Origin: an uncultured Chloroflexia bacterium
Lineage (GTDB): Bacteria; Chloroflexota; Limnocylindria; Limnocylindrales; CSP1-4
Length of the DNA: 64,000 nt
Assembly: GCA_963813535.1 (NCBI GenBank)
Contig: CAWEZH010000002.1
Span: forward strand, 1,216,001-1,280,000
Reading direction: 5' to 3'
This document shows positions 1 to 9,754 of this stretch, piece by piece (the stretch's first letter is position 1; every line of letters begins with the position of its first letter). The position numbers and the translations under genes were made by a program. The notes beneath the pieces are model-generated. The model worked only from the letters and a program-made list of their open reading frames with translations. It was not told the DNA's origin and did not search any database.

Positions 1-535
1 CCATGACGTCGGAGAAGGCCGCATCGGCGACCGGCCGCTGCGTCGCCGCAAGGACGGCCGCCTGGTCGGCCGGCAGATCCGCGGAGAAAACGTCATGGAA
101 CTTGGCCGGATCGACGACGAACTCCGTGGCCATCCCACCGTTCGCCGCCGGATACTGATGTGCCACGAGGGCCGTGCCCAGGATCGCGTCCTTGGACGTG
201 GGTGTCACCTGGCCGAGGATCTCGCCAGCTTCGGGCGCGAATGCCGCGACGAACACGAGCCCGACCACGTTCGACGCGCGGTGGGCGGCGTCGGCGATCA
301 CGGCGCCGCCGTACGAGTGGCCGACCAGGACGACGGGACCAGGCGTCTGCTCGAGGACGCTGACTAGGTAGGCGGCGTCGAAGGTCAGGCCGCGGAGGGG
401 ATTGGCCGGCGCCGTGACCTGGACGCCCTTGGCCTGGAGGCGCTCGATGACGCCGTTCCAGCTGGACGAGTCGGCGAAGGCGCCGTGGACGAGGACGACC
501 GTGGGCCGCCCGGGGATCTCCTTGACGTGACTCAT
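1..535 (-). CDS. Alpha/beta hydrolase (3' end runs off the window)
   Basis: Manual translation from ATG 535: MSHVKEIPGRPTVVLVHGAFADSSSW...VVLVGHSYGG. AAAGGAG RBS upstream. Missing from the ORF track because it is truncated. Confidence 0.9.
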   Translation of the reverse strand, partial: MSHVKEIPGRPTVVLVHGAFADSSSWNGVIERLQAKGVQVTAPANPLRGLTFDAAYLVSVLEQTPGPVVLVGHSYGGAVIADAAHRASNVVGLVFVAAFAPEAGEILGQVTPTSKDAILGTALVAHQYPAANGGMATEFVVDPAKFHDVFSADLPADQAAVLAATQRPVADAAFSDVM

Positions 536-561
536 CACGGAGCTCCTTTCGGGCCGGGGAC

Positions 562-596
562 GGGCGGGCGGCGGACCGATCGCCTGCCGCCCGCCC
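562..596. terminator. GC-rich stem-loop between co-directional genes
   Basis: GGGCGGGCGGCGG ... CTGCCGCCCGCCC inverted repeat. Confidence 0.5.
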
Positions 597-613
597 CTAT
601 CCCCTGTTCGCGG

Positions 614-1865
614 TCAGCGCACCGACCGGAATGACTTGCGCAACTCCTCGGAGAACACCTGTGGCTCCTCCCAGGCGGCGAAGTGACCGCCCTTCGGGGC
701 CTCGTTGAAATAAGTGAGGTTCGGGTAGACCTTCTCAGCCCAGCTTCGCGGGGCCTTGAAGAGCTCCTGGGGGAAGACCGTGAACCCGGTCGACACCTTG
801 AGCTCCGGCGGCTTCTGCCCCGAGGCGAGAGCAGCCACGATCGTTCTGGAAGTTCTCCCAGTAGAGCCGTGCCGCCGATGTCGATGTGTTGGTCAGCCAG
901 TACAGCGTGATGTTGTCAAGGACGTGGTCTCGGGTGAGGCCTCCGGTCGGCTTGCCTTCGACGAACGCCTTCGAGATCTTCGAGTAACTGTCGGGGTCAT
1001 GGTCGAGTATCCAGGCAGCCATCGCGAGTGGGTCCATCGAGCCGTAGCCGATCGTCTGCGGCTTCGTGTTCATCTCCGCGATGTACCCGGCCCGGAAGGT
1101 TCGCTCGATTCCTGCGAGCGCCTCTGGCTCCTTCTCGGCTTGCGAAGCGATGACGCCGACCACCGCGCGCTTGACGAGCCCCATCGCGAACGTGTCGCCG
1201 AAGAGCGCCGCGCCGACCGAGGTCGGGAACGCGCTGAGGAGGTTGAGGTGGATCCCGACCAGCCCGGCGGGCGCCTGGCGCGCCATCGCGTCGGTGACGG
1301 TGGCACCCTGGTCGCCGCCCTGTGCCACGTACCGCGTGTAGCCGAGGCGGGTCATCAGCTCGGCCCAGGCCTGCGCGATCTTGTTGCCGGTCCAGCCCAG
1401 CTCGGTCGGCTGGTCCGAGAACCCGAAGCCGGGCATGGACGGAATCACGACGTGGAATGCGTCGGCCTCGGTCCCGCCGTACGCGGTCGGGTCGGTTAGC
1501 GGGCCGATGACCTCAAGCATCTCGATGACCGAGCCCGGCCAGCCGTGGGTGATGATCAGCGGCAAGGCATTCTCGTGGCGCGACTTGACGTGGATGAAGT
1601 GGATGTCCAGCCCGTCGATCTTCGTCTTGAACTGCGGAAGCCCGTTGAGCCTCGACTCGACCTTTCGCCAGTCGTAGTCGGTGGCCCAATACTTTGCGAC
1701 CGCCTGGAGCGTCTCGAGCTGCACGCCCTGCGACGCGTCAGGCACGAGCTCCTTGGTCGGAAATCTGGCGGCCTTGATCCTCGCGCGGAGATCGTCGAGT
1801 TGCCCTTGCGGGATGTCGATCTGGAACGGGCGGATGTCGACACCCGCCTCGATGGTCATGGTCAT
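614..1865 (-). CDS. Epoxide hydrolase (EHN family), split by one frameshift near 843
   Basis: IRPFQIDI, HGWPGS and QGGDQG in ORF 735..1865; C-terminal GGHFAAWEEP in ORF 614..838. Removing one A restores LYWENFQTIVAALASG. Confidence 0.9.
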
Positions 1866-1912
1866 GGTGTCCTCCTCTAGGGTGAGCGGATGGATCTCAT
1901 GGACGCCGTCGC

Positions 1913-3127
1913 TCAGCGCAGCGAACGGAATGCAGCGCGCACCTCCTTCGAGAGAAGCTCAGGCTGCTCCCAGGCGGCGAAATGTCCGCCGCGGTCGACG
2001 ACGTTGAAGTGGATGAGCTTCGGATACGCCTTCTCGGCCCAGCTCCGGGGAGCGGGATACAGCTCGTCGGGGAACACGGTCACGCCGACCGGGATCTCGA
2101 CCCCCTTGGCGTCGAAGAACGCGAGATGGCTCTCCCAATAGAGGCGGGCCGACGAGACCCCGCTCTTGGTCAACCAGTAGTGGGTGACGTTGTCGAGGAC
2201 GTCATCGCGCGAGACGCCGCCGGGGTTGCCGGCGAACGCCCGAGCGATCAGCTCGTAGCTGGCGACGTCGTGATCGAGCATCCAGGCTGCGAGCCCGACC
2301 GGCGAATCGTCGATCGCGTAGAGGGTCTGGGGTCGGTTCGCCATCTCGTTCGCGTACCCGACGCCGGTCGCGAAGAAGTGCTTGAGGATGTCGAAGGCGC
2401 GGTCCTCTTCGGCCGACAGGCCCGCGGGCTTCGGGCCGCCACTGGCGAGTGCCTTGGAGACGTCCGGTGGCACGGTCGCCGGCATGTTCGTATGGATCCC
2501 GAGCAGGCCCTGGGGCTTCAGCAGCGCCATCTGCTCGGTCACGGCATTTCCCCAGTCCCCGCCCTGGGCCACGTACCGGGTGTAGCCGAGGCGCTGCATC
2601 AGCACGACCCATGCGCGCGCGATGCGGATGGGGTCCCAGCCGGTCACCGTCGGCTTGCTCGAAAAGCCGTGGCCCGGAAGTGACGGGATGACGAGGTCGA
2701 ACGCGTCGGCCGCGCTTGCGCCGCTGGCGGTGGGATCCGACAGCGGCTCGATGATCTTCAGTTGCTCGACCGTCGATCCCGGCCAGCCGTGGGTCACGAT
2801 CAGGGGCAGGGCGTCCTCGTGCTGGGATCGGACGTGGATGAAATGGATGTCGACGCTGTCGATCTCCGTGATGAAGTGCGGGAACGCGGCGAAGCGCGCC
2901 TCGAACTTGCGCCAGTCGTACTCGCTCGCCCAGTAGCGAGCCAGGGCTTCGATCGTCTCGAGCCGTACGCCCTGACTAGGGTCGGTCTCACGGTCGGGCA
3001 AGCGGGTGTTCGTGATTTGCTGACGCAGGTCGTCAAGCTCCGCCTGCCGCACGTCGATCTGGAATGGCCGGATCGTGTCTGCGATAGCCCGATCGGCGGG
3101 GCCCGACCCTGGCAGCGTTATCGACAT
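1913..3127 (-). CDS. Epoxide hydrolase (EHN family)
   Basis: HGWPGS, QGGDWG, GGHFAAWEQP. ATG 3127 follows an AAAGGAG RBS. Confidence 0.93.
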   Translation of the reverse strand: MSITLPGSGPADRAIADTIRPFQIDVRQAELDDLRQQITNTRLPDRETDPSQGVRLETIEALARYWASEYDWRKFEARFAAFPHFITEIDSVDIHFIHVRSQHEDALPLIVTHGWPGSTVEQLKIIEPLSDPTASGASAADAFDLVIPSLPGHGFSSKPTVTGWDPIRIARAWVVLMQRLGYTRYVAQGGDWGNAVTEQMALLKPQGLLGIHTNMPATVPPDVSKALASGGPKPAGLSAEEDRAFDILKHFFATGVGYANEMANRPQTLYAIDDSPVGLAAWMLDHDVASYELIARAFAGNPGGVSRDDVLDNVTHYWLTKSGVSSARLYWESHLAFFDAKGVEIPVGVTVFPDELYPAPRSWAEKAYPKLIHFNVVDRGGHFAAWEQPELLSKEVRAAFRSLR

Positions 3128-3210
3128 GGTCAACTCCTTTCGCGGGATGCACCTCGGCCGTCGTGATGCGGTGTGTCGGATACGCACAGCGTCGCGCGGC
3201 GCTGCTCCCA

Positions 3211-3233
3211 TCGCGCCCGGGAAACCCACTGGT
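3211..3233 (-). promoter_or_regulatory. Conserved upstream motif, copy A (ACCAGTG-GGTTTCC-CGGGCGCGA)
   Basis: Matches copies at 7897, 9638 and 12534; lies ~84 nt upstream of the epoxide hydrolase operon. Confidence 0.7.
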
Positions 3234-3364
3234 CGAGTCGCGGGTCAGCGGCCGCGTCGCACCGGTTGCTGCGCCGACCAACGAGGCTTGGCGGCAATAC
3301 GCCAGGGGCACCGCGGAGACAGGCCGTGCAATGACTGGTCCTATGCTGTCCAGGGAGGTCGGTC

Positions 3365-6124
3365 ATGAGGGAACTCCGGCCGGACATCCGTGGCCGTGCG
3401 GCCGAGCGCGCGCGCCTGGGCGAGCTTCTCGCCGGCGTTCGCGCCGGGCAGAGCGCCGCGGTCGTCGTCCGAGGAGAGGCGGGGATCGGCAAGACCGCGC
3501 TTCTTGAATACGCCGCGGATCGCGCCCGGGGTTGCCGTCTTATGCGCTCGACCGGGGTCGAATCAGAGATGGAGTTACCGTTCGCCGCGCTGCAGCACTT
3601 TTGCTCGCCGCTCCTGGCCGGGCTCGAGCGACTACCACCGCCACAGCGCGATGCTCTCGGGACGGCGTTCGGCCTGATATCGGGGCCGCCTCCCGACCGC
3701 CTTTTTGTCGGCCTTGCTGTCCTCGGGCTCCTGTCGAACGCCGCGGAGGTCCAGCCGCTCGTCTGCCTGGTGGACGACGCGCAGTGGCTCGATCATTCGT
3801 CGGCGCAGGCCCTGTCTTTCGTCGGGCGGAGGATCGACGCCGATTCCGTGCTGCTGGTGTTCGGGCAGCGTGACCATGACGGAACCGACGTTTTCGCCGG
3901 GCTTTCGGAGATCCGGCTCCGCGGACTCTCCGACGCTGATGCCCTCGAGGTGCTCGCGATGCGGGCGATCGGTCCGATCGATGAACGCGTCCGGAACCGG
4001 GTCATCCAGGAGGCCCGGGGCAATCCGCTGGCGCTTCTCGAGGCCTGGCATGCCGCGTCGGTCGGCGGCCTCGCTGGTGGATTTGGACTCCCGGTCGAGC
4101 CTCCCGGCGACGTCGAAGCAACCTACAGGCGGCGGGTGTCAGAACTGCCTGCGGAGACGCAGCAACTCCTCCTGCTCGCCGCCGCGGAACCGCTCGGTGA
4201 CCCCGCCCTGCTTTGGCGCGCGGCGACCGCTGCCGCCATCCCGGTGGAGGCGGCCTCGCCGGCACAGGGCGAGGGCCTCATCGACATTGGCGTGCGGGTC
4301 GCGTTCCGGCACCCCCTCCTCCGGTCCGCCATCTATCAGGCAGCACCACCGGGCGCGCGTCGGGATGCACATCGTCGGCTCGCGGAGGCGACAGACCCCG
4401 ACCTCGACCCGGACCGCCGCGCCTGGCACCGAGCGCTCGGGACAGTCGCTCTCGACGAGGAGGTGGCCGTCGAGCTCGAGCATTCGGCGGGGCGAGCGAG
4501 GGCCCGGGGAGGTTTCGCAGCCGCTGGCGCGTTCCTCGAGCGAGCCTCGGAGCTAACCCCGGACGGCGCGGACCGAGCTCGACGCACTCTTGCGGCCGCC
4601 CGGAGCAAGCACCAAGCGGGCGACCCGGAGGCGGCACTCCGACTCCTTGCGATCGCCCAGGCTGGCCCTCTCCTCGACTTGGAGCGGGCCAGGGCCGAGC
4701 TCCTCCGCGGCCAGATCATGTTTGCGGTGAACCGTGGGCGTGACGCCCCGCCGCTTTTGCTGAAGGCCGCGAAGCGATTGGAGCCGCTCGATCCTAACCT
4801 TGCTCGAGAAACCTACCTTGAAGCATTCGCAGCGGCGCTGTTTGCGGACCGTCTCGCGCATGAAGTGGGAGTACGTGAAGTCGCGGAAGCGATCCTCTCC
4901 GCGGACTGGACAGCTTCCTCGCAACGAGCGCCGCGCGCGTTCGACCATCTTCTCGACGGCATGGCCGTGCTGATGACGCGGGGATACGCCTCCGGCGCGC
5001 CCATGCTCAAGCGTGCCCTCGCTGCGTTCCGCGACGAGCCGATGGCGGATGAGGAAGCGTTGCGCTGGCTCTGGCTCGCGTGCCGAGTCGCACGGGCGAT
5101 GGGCGACGACGCGGCATGGGACGAGCTCACCGATCGCCACGTGCGGCTCGCCCGTGGCGCGGGTGCCCTCTCCGTGCTCCCGATCGCACTGACCGAAAGG
5201 TTCAGCGTCCAGCTCTTCCTTGGGGACCTGACCGCCGCCGCGGCGCTGATGGCAGAGGCGGAGGCGCTCGTCCATGCGACGGGCAGTCATCTTGCGCCGC
5301 AGGGCGCGATCTCACTGGCCGCCTGGCAGGGACGTGATGAAGAAGCGACCAGGCTCATGGCCGCAAGTCGTGATGCAGTCGAATACCGAGGCGAGGGCCT
5401 GTGGCTGACATCCACGGAGTGGACGACGGCGGTGCTGTACAACAGCCTCGGCCGGTACGAGGAGGCCCTGGCTGCCGCCGAGAAGGCCGCGGAGCATCCG
5501 CATGAGCTCGGCGTGTCGACGTGGGTGCCCACCGAGCTCATCGAGGCAGCTGCTCGGACGGGACAGATCGACCGCGCACTCGGCGCGCTCGAACGGCTCC
5601 ATGAGATCAGCGCGGCGAGCGGCACCGACTGGGCACTGGGAGTCGAGGCCCGCTCGCGAGCGCTTTTGTCCGAGGGAGCCGTGGCCGAGCGCCTCTATCT
5701 CGAGGCGATCGAGCGGCTTGGACGAACGAGAATTCGAGTGGCCCTCGCCCGCGCTCAGCTGCTGTATGGCGAGTGGCTCCGACGGGAGCAGCGTCGGCTG
5801 GAGGCGCGGGACCAGCTGCGAGCCGCACATCGTGCGTACTCAGCGATGGGGATGGAGGCTTTCGCGGAGCGTGCGCGGCGCGAGCTGATGGCGACAGGAG
5901 AGAAGGTTCGCAAGAGGAGTCTGGTCGCCGCCGAGGATTTCACCCCGCAGGAGGTCCAGATCGCGCGGCTCGCCAGCGACGGCCGAACCAACCCCGAAAT
6001 CGCAGCGCAGATGTTCCTCAGTCCGAGAACCGTCGAGTGGCATCTGCGCAAGGTGTTCAGCAAGCTCGACATCAGCTCGCGACGGGAACTTGCCGGGGCG
6101 CTCCAAAGCCGGGGGCGCGGATAG
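3365..6124 (+). CDS. LAL-type regulator (AAA ATPase plus C-terminal LuxR HTH)
   Basis: Walker A GEAGIGKT, Walker B LVDDAQWLD, GNPLALLE, FRHPL, and LuxR HTH TNPEIAAQMFLSPRTVEWHLRKVFSKL. Confidence 0.95.
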   Translation: MRELRPDIRGRAAERARLGELLAGVRAGQSAAVVVRGEAGIGKTALLEYAADRARGCRLMRSTGVESEMELPFAALQHFCSPLLAGLERLPPPQRDALGTAFGLISGPPPDRLFVGLAVLGLLSNAAEVQPLVCLVDDAQWLDHSSAQALSFVGRRIDADSVLLVFGQRDHDGTDVFAGLSEIRLRGLSDADALEVLAMRAIGPIDERVRNRVIQEARGNPLALLEAWHAASVGGLAGGFGLPVEPPGDVEATYRRRVSELPAETQQLLLLAAAEPLGDPALLWRAATAAAIPVEAASPAQGEGLIDIGVRVAFRHPLLRSAIYQAAPPGARRDAHRRLAEATDPDLDPDRRAWHRALGTVALDEEVAVELEHSAGRARARGGFAAAGAFLERASELTPDGADRARRTLAAARSKHQAGDPEAALRLLAIAQAGPLLDLERARAELLRGQIMFAVNRGRDAPPLLLKAAKRLEPLDPNLARETYLEAFAAALFADRLAHEVGVREVAEAILSADWTASSQRAPRAFDHLLDGMAVLMTRGYASGAPMLKRALAAFRDEPMADEEALRWLWLACRVARAMGDDAAWDELTDRHVRLARGAGALSVLPIALTERFSVQLFLGDLTAAAALMAEAEALVHATGSHLAPQGAISLAAWQGRDEEATRLMAASRDAVEYRGEGLWLTSTEWTTAVLYNSLGRYEEALAAAEKAAEHPHELGVSTWVPTELIEAAARTGQIDRALGALERLHEISAASGTDWALGVEARSRALLSEGAVAERLYLEAIERLGRTRIRVALARAQLLYGEWLRREQRRLEARDQLRAAHRAYSAMGMEAFAERARRELMATGEKVRKRSLVAAEDFTPQEVQIARLASDGRTNPEIAAQMFLSPRTVEWHLRKVFSKLDISSRRELAGALQSRGRG

Positions 6125-6131
6125 TTCCTGC

Positions 6132-7743
6132 CTAGGTCACCATCCAGGCGAGGAGCGGTGTCGACTGCAGCCAGACGAGCACCCCCATCAGGAGCGTCAA
6201 CCCGATGCTCCAGCGCAGCAGCCGCCGGAAGACATCGCCCTCCTTCCCTGACATCCCGACCGCCGCAGCAGCGATAGCCAGATGTTGAAGAGAGCACATC
6301 TTCCCGAGAACTCCACCCGAGCTGTTGGCGGCTGCCATCAGCGTGGGTGACAGGTGGGCCTCCGTCGCGGCCTCGACCTGAAGCGCGCCGAATAACGCAT
6401 TGGACGCAGTGTCCGAACCCGTCACCGTGACGCCGAGCCAGCCGATGATCGGCGAGATGAACGCGAAGGCGCCACCCGTAGTCGCGAGGAACGAACCTAG
6501 CGCCAGAGTCTGGCCCGATGCGGTCATCACGGTGGCAAGCGCGAGCACCGCAGATATCGTGACGATAGTCCACCGCATCCCCCGCACCGTGTCCGCGTAC
6601 GCCGTCAGCGCCGTGCGTGGCGCGATCCGGAGGACTGCGACTGTCGCGAGGCCGGCGAACAGCAGCATCGTGCCCCCGGCAGAGAGCCAGTCAAATGTGA
6701 ACGTCGACGATCCCGTCGGATCGCTGCCGGCATCGATCGCGGCGAGGCCGGGCCATGGGATCCGTTGGGTAGGAGCGCCGAGGAATCCCTTCACGAGGGT
6801 CCAATTGGGCGAGCGCAAAGACGGCAACGATGATGGCGTACGGCGCGTACGCCATCGCGATCTCGGCCGGTCCGTGCTGGCCGTCCTCGTGGCGCTGGGG
6901 GGGAGGATGGGAGTCCCGGCGAGCACTGTTCGTGGGCTGCCAGACCCGGAGCAGGACCATGACAGCCGTTAGGGAGATCAATGACGCGGCGATGTCCGTC
7001 AGCGCCCATGGTCCGAAGTTCGACCAGAGGAACTGTCCGATCGCGAACGATGCCCCCACGACCAATGCCAGGGGCCAGACCTCACGAACGCCGCGACGGC
7101 CATCGATCACGAAGACGAGGATCAGCGGCAGGAACAGCGCGAGGACGGGCGTCTGGCGCCCGATGATCGCCGCAAGCTGATCCGGCGGCAGGCCCGTGAC
7201 GCCGGCCAGCGTGACGACGGGAGTGCCGATGGCGCCGAATGGCACTGGAGCCGTGTTCGCCAGTAGCGCGACGGCTGCTGCCTTGATCGGCTCGAAGCCG
7301 ATGGCGATCAGCAACGCGGAACAGATCGCGACAGGGGCTCCGAAGCCAGTGAGTGCCTCCAGCATCGCCCCGAACGAGAAGGCGATGACGACGCCTTGGA
7401 CGCGGCGGTCGTCGCTAATGGACGCGAACGACCGCCGGACCACGTCGAAGTGACCCGTGACCTCGGTCATCCGAAAGATCCACAACGCGTTCACCAGGAT
7501 CCATACGATCGGGAATATGCCGAACGCTGCCCCGCGCGTCGCGGCGGCCAGCACGCGCGGCGGCGGCGTCTGCCAGACCGCCACCGCGAGGAGCGCTGCC
7601 ACCGCCAAGGCGATTGTGCTCGCCCAGTGGCCTTTGGTGCGGAATCCGCCAAGCAGCACGAATAGCACGACAAGCGGCGCTGCCGCCAAGACCGCCGTTA
7701 ACCAGAGCGACCCTCCGACGGGGTCATCGACTTGCCCGTACGT
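6132..7743 (-). pseudogene. lctP: L-lactate permease (LctP/LldP family); frameshift near 6796 and ACG where the start codon is expected
   Basis: EALTGFGAPVA, ANTAPVPFGAIG, GSDTASNALFG and AANSSGGVLGKM spread over two ORFs. The typical N-terminus YGQVDDPVGGS is preceded by ACG 7 nt after GAGGT. Confidence 0.8.
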
Positions 7744-7882
7744 CCGACCTACCTCGCGGCGCGCGAGACCGGCGACCTGCTCGGCGATCTCCGGTGTCTA
7801 GGGTGCCACTGTACCGAGCCCTTCGAAGGCGTCGTCGGCGTGCAGGCGGACCACGGGACCACAACCCGGGATAGAGCGCCCC

Positions 7883-8057
7883 TGTCCCGTACACGTACCA
7901 GTGACCCCGACGGGCGCGACCCACAGAAGACCCAATCCACCGTGAGGATCGTGATCCCCCGGTGCCGCGACGCCTAGTCCGGGATGGCGGGGCATCGGCA
8001 CGGAAAGGAGAACCACCGTGGACTTCGACAAGGAACTCGGCGACCTTGGCGTGAAGG
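7883..8057 (+). repeat. Duplicated promoter/RBS/first 13 codons, left arm of an inverted repeat
   Basis: 7951-8057 aligns without gaps to the reverse complement of 9500-9606 (about 15 mismatches in 107 nt, 38-nt identical core). Patchy similarity extends to 7883/9672. Confidence 0.9.
7897..7919 (+). promoter_or_regulatory. Conserved upstream motif, copy B (ACCAGTG-ACCCCGA-CGGGCGCGA)
   Basis: Lies ~99 nt upstream of GTG 8018. Confidence 0.7.
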
Positions 8058-8848
8058 CGCCCCGCGTGTTCCGGTATGGCGCCCTCATCGCGGCCGCCCT
8101 GCTGCTCTCGATCTCAGTCTTCTCCACCACTGCCCGAGCGGCCGCGTCGGGTCCGACCATCGTGTTCGTGCACGGTGCCTTCGCATCGCCTGCGGGTTGG
8201 AGCCGGGTGGTCGACGCGCTGCACAAAGACGGCTACCAGACGGCGACCCCCACACTAGGTCTCGAATCCGTGGCGCGCGACGTGGCGATCGTGCGGTCGA
8301 CGCTGGATTCGATCCCAGGAGACAAGATCCTGGTGGGACATTCCTACGGCGGGTTCGTGATCACCAACGCCGCCGCTGGGCGCGGCGACGTCCGCGGACT
8401 GGTCTACACCGCGGCCTATGCCCCTGATGTCAATGAGACGATCACGACCCTGGGCGAGGGCTACACGCCCGGGACGTTCCTGGACCATCTGGTGCCCGCC
8501 CCCCCGTCGTTCCCATGGTTCATCGTCGATCCACGATTCTTCCCCCAGGACTTCGCCCAGGACTTGAACCCGAAGCTGGCCGCCGCGATCGCAGCCCAGC
8601 AACTCCCGACGAGCCTGGGCCTCTTCGTCACTCCATCCGGACCGCCCGCCTGGGACGGTCTCCCATCGTGGTATGCCGTCTCGGGCGAAGACCGCGCCAT
8701 CGACCCCGAGTTGCAGCGGTTCATGGCCCGGCGCGGTGGATCGACGACCGTCCAGTTCGACGAGGCGAGCCACGTGGGCGGCCTCACGCACTACGCGGCA
8801 CGCTTCGTGAAGCTGATCGAACAAGCGATCGACGCGACCACATGGTGA
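8018..8848 (+). CDS. Alpha/beta hydrolase with a signal-like segment and a chimeric N-terminus
   Basis: VFVHGAF, GHSYGG, DRAI, ASH. AAAGGAG RBS. The first 13 aa match ORF 9105..9539. Confidence 0.9.
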   Translation: MDFDKELGDLGVKAPRVFRYGALIAAALLLSISVFSTTARAAASGPTIVFVHGAFASPAGWSRVVDALHKDGYQTATPTLGLESVARDVAIVRSTLDSIPGDKILVGHSYGGFVITNAAAGRGDVRGLVYTAAYAPDVNETITTLGEGYTPGTFLDHLVPAPPSFPWFIVDPRFFPQDFAQDLNPKLAAAIAAQQLPTSLGLFVTPSGPPAWDGLPSWYAVSGEDRAIDPELQRFMARRGGSTTVQFDEASHVGGLTHYAARFVKLIEQAIDATTW

Positions 8849-9104
8849 TCTGATAGCTCCGCAGACTTGAACCGGGCTGCGCGGATGGCGTTCTGCCGTC
8901 CGCGCAGCGCCGCAGGTCCGCTTCTGGTCGTGGGGCGCCAGCCGCGACCCGATCGCTGTGCGACGCGGGTTTCGGCCCTCGTCGCCTGCCGGGGAGCGGT
9001 CCTGGCCGCCAGTGGGCGCAAGCCTACGAACGCCGCCAAGCCCAATGACTTGGCGGCGGCTCGGCGGTCGCTGATGCCGGCCCGTGCCGGCTCGAATTGC
9101 TGGG

Positions 9105-9539
9105 TCAGGCTGGTCGCACGGCTGCGGCCTTGTGCCCGGCATAGACGCGGGCGTCGATCGCGTCGAGGATCGCGACACGCGCACTCTCGACGGCATAGGC
9201 AGCGAAGTCGATCGCCGCCTCGGCGTCGCTCTCGGCCCACGCGGCGTCCCTGTCGGCGATATCGGCGTCGACCTGGTCGCCACGGTGGTCGATGTCGCGC
9301 TTCCCCTTGGCGACCCGGGCCGCGAATTCGGCCTTGACCCTCTGCCACTGGTCCTGGGCCTGATCGCCGACCTGGTCGGCCTGCGCCTGGGCTGCCCTGG
9401 CCTCCTTGTTCAGCATGGCCTGTGTCTCGCCGATCCGTTCCTGGATCTGGTCATGCGTCTCGCTCGCGGCTGCCTTCACGGAGGCCTGTACGTCGGTCAC
9501 CTTGACGCGAAGATCGTCGAGTTCCTTGTCGAAGTCCAC
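9105..9539 (-). CDS. Hypothetical helical/coiled-coil protein
   Basis: 144-aa Ala/Gln/Asp-rich ORF with a strong RBS and a C-terminal WAESDAEAAIDFA...AILDAIDAR segment. Confidence 0.8.
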   Translation of the reverse strand: MDFDKELDDLRVKVTDVQASVKAAASETHDQIQERIGETQAMLNKEARAAQAQADQVGDQAQDQWQRVKAEFAARVAKGKRDIDHRGDQVDADIADRDAAWAESDAEAAIDFAAYAVESARVAILDAIDARVYAGHKAAAVRPA

Positions 9540-9672
9540 GGTGGTTCTCCTTTCCCTGCCGATGACCCGGGCTCCCCGACCCCGCGTCGCGGCTCCGGCG
9601 GATCACCAGCGCTTACCGTGACCGCGTTTCCGATGGGTCGCGCCCGTCAGGTCACTGGTTGTGCGCGGGACA
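9500..9672 (-). repeat. Duplicated promoter/RBS/first 13 codons, right arm of the inverted repeat
   Basis: Reverse complement of 7883-8057 (see above). Confidence 0.9.
9638..9659 (-). promoter_or_regulatory. Conserved upstream motif, copy C (ACCAGTG-ACCTGA-CGGGCGCGA)
   Basis: Lies ~99 nt upstream of GTG 9539. Confidence 0.7.
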
Positions 9673-9754
9673 CGGGTCCCGACGCCGGACATTCCAGCTT
9701 GGGACCCGAGTAGGCTGTCCGCGACGACGGACCTGGGAGGAAACAGCGAACGTC

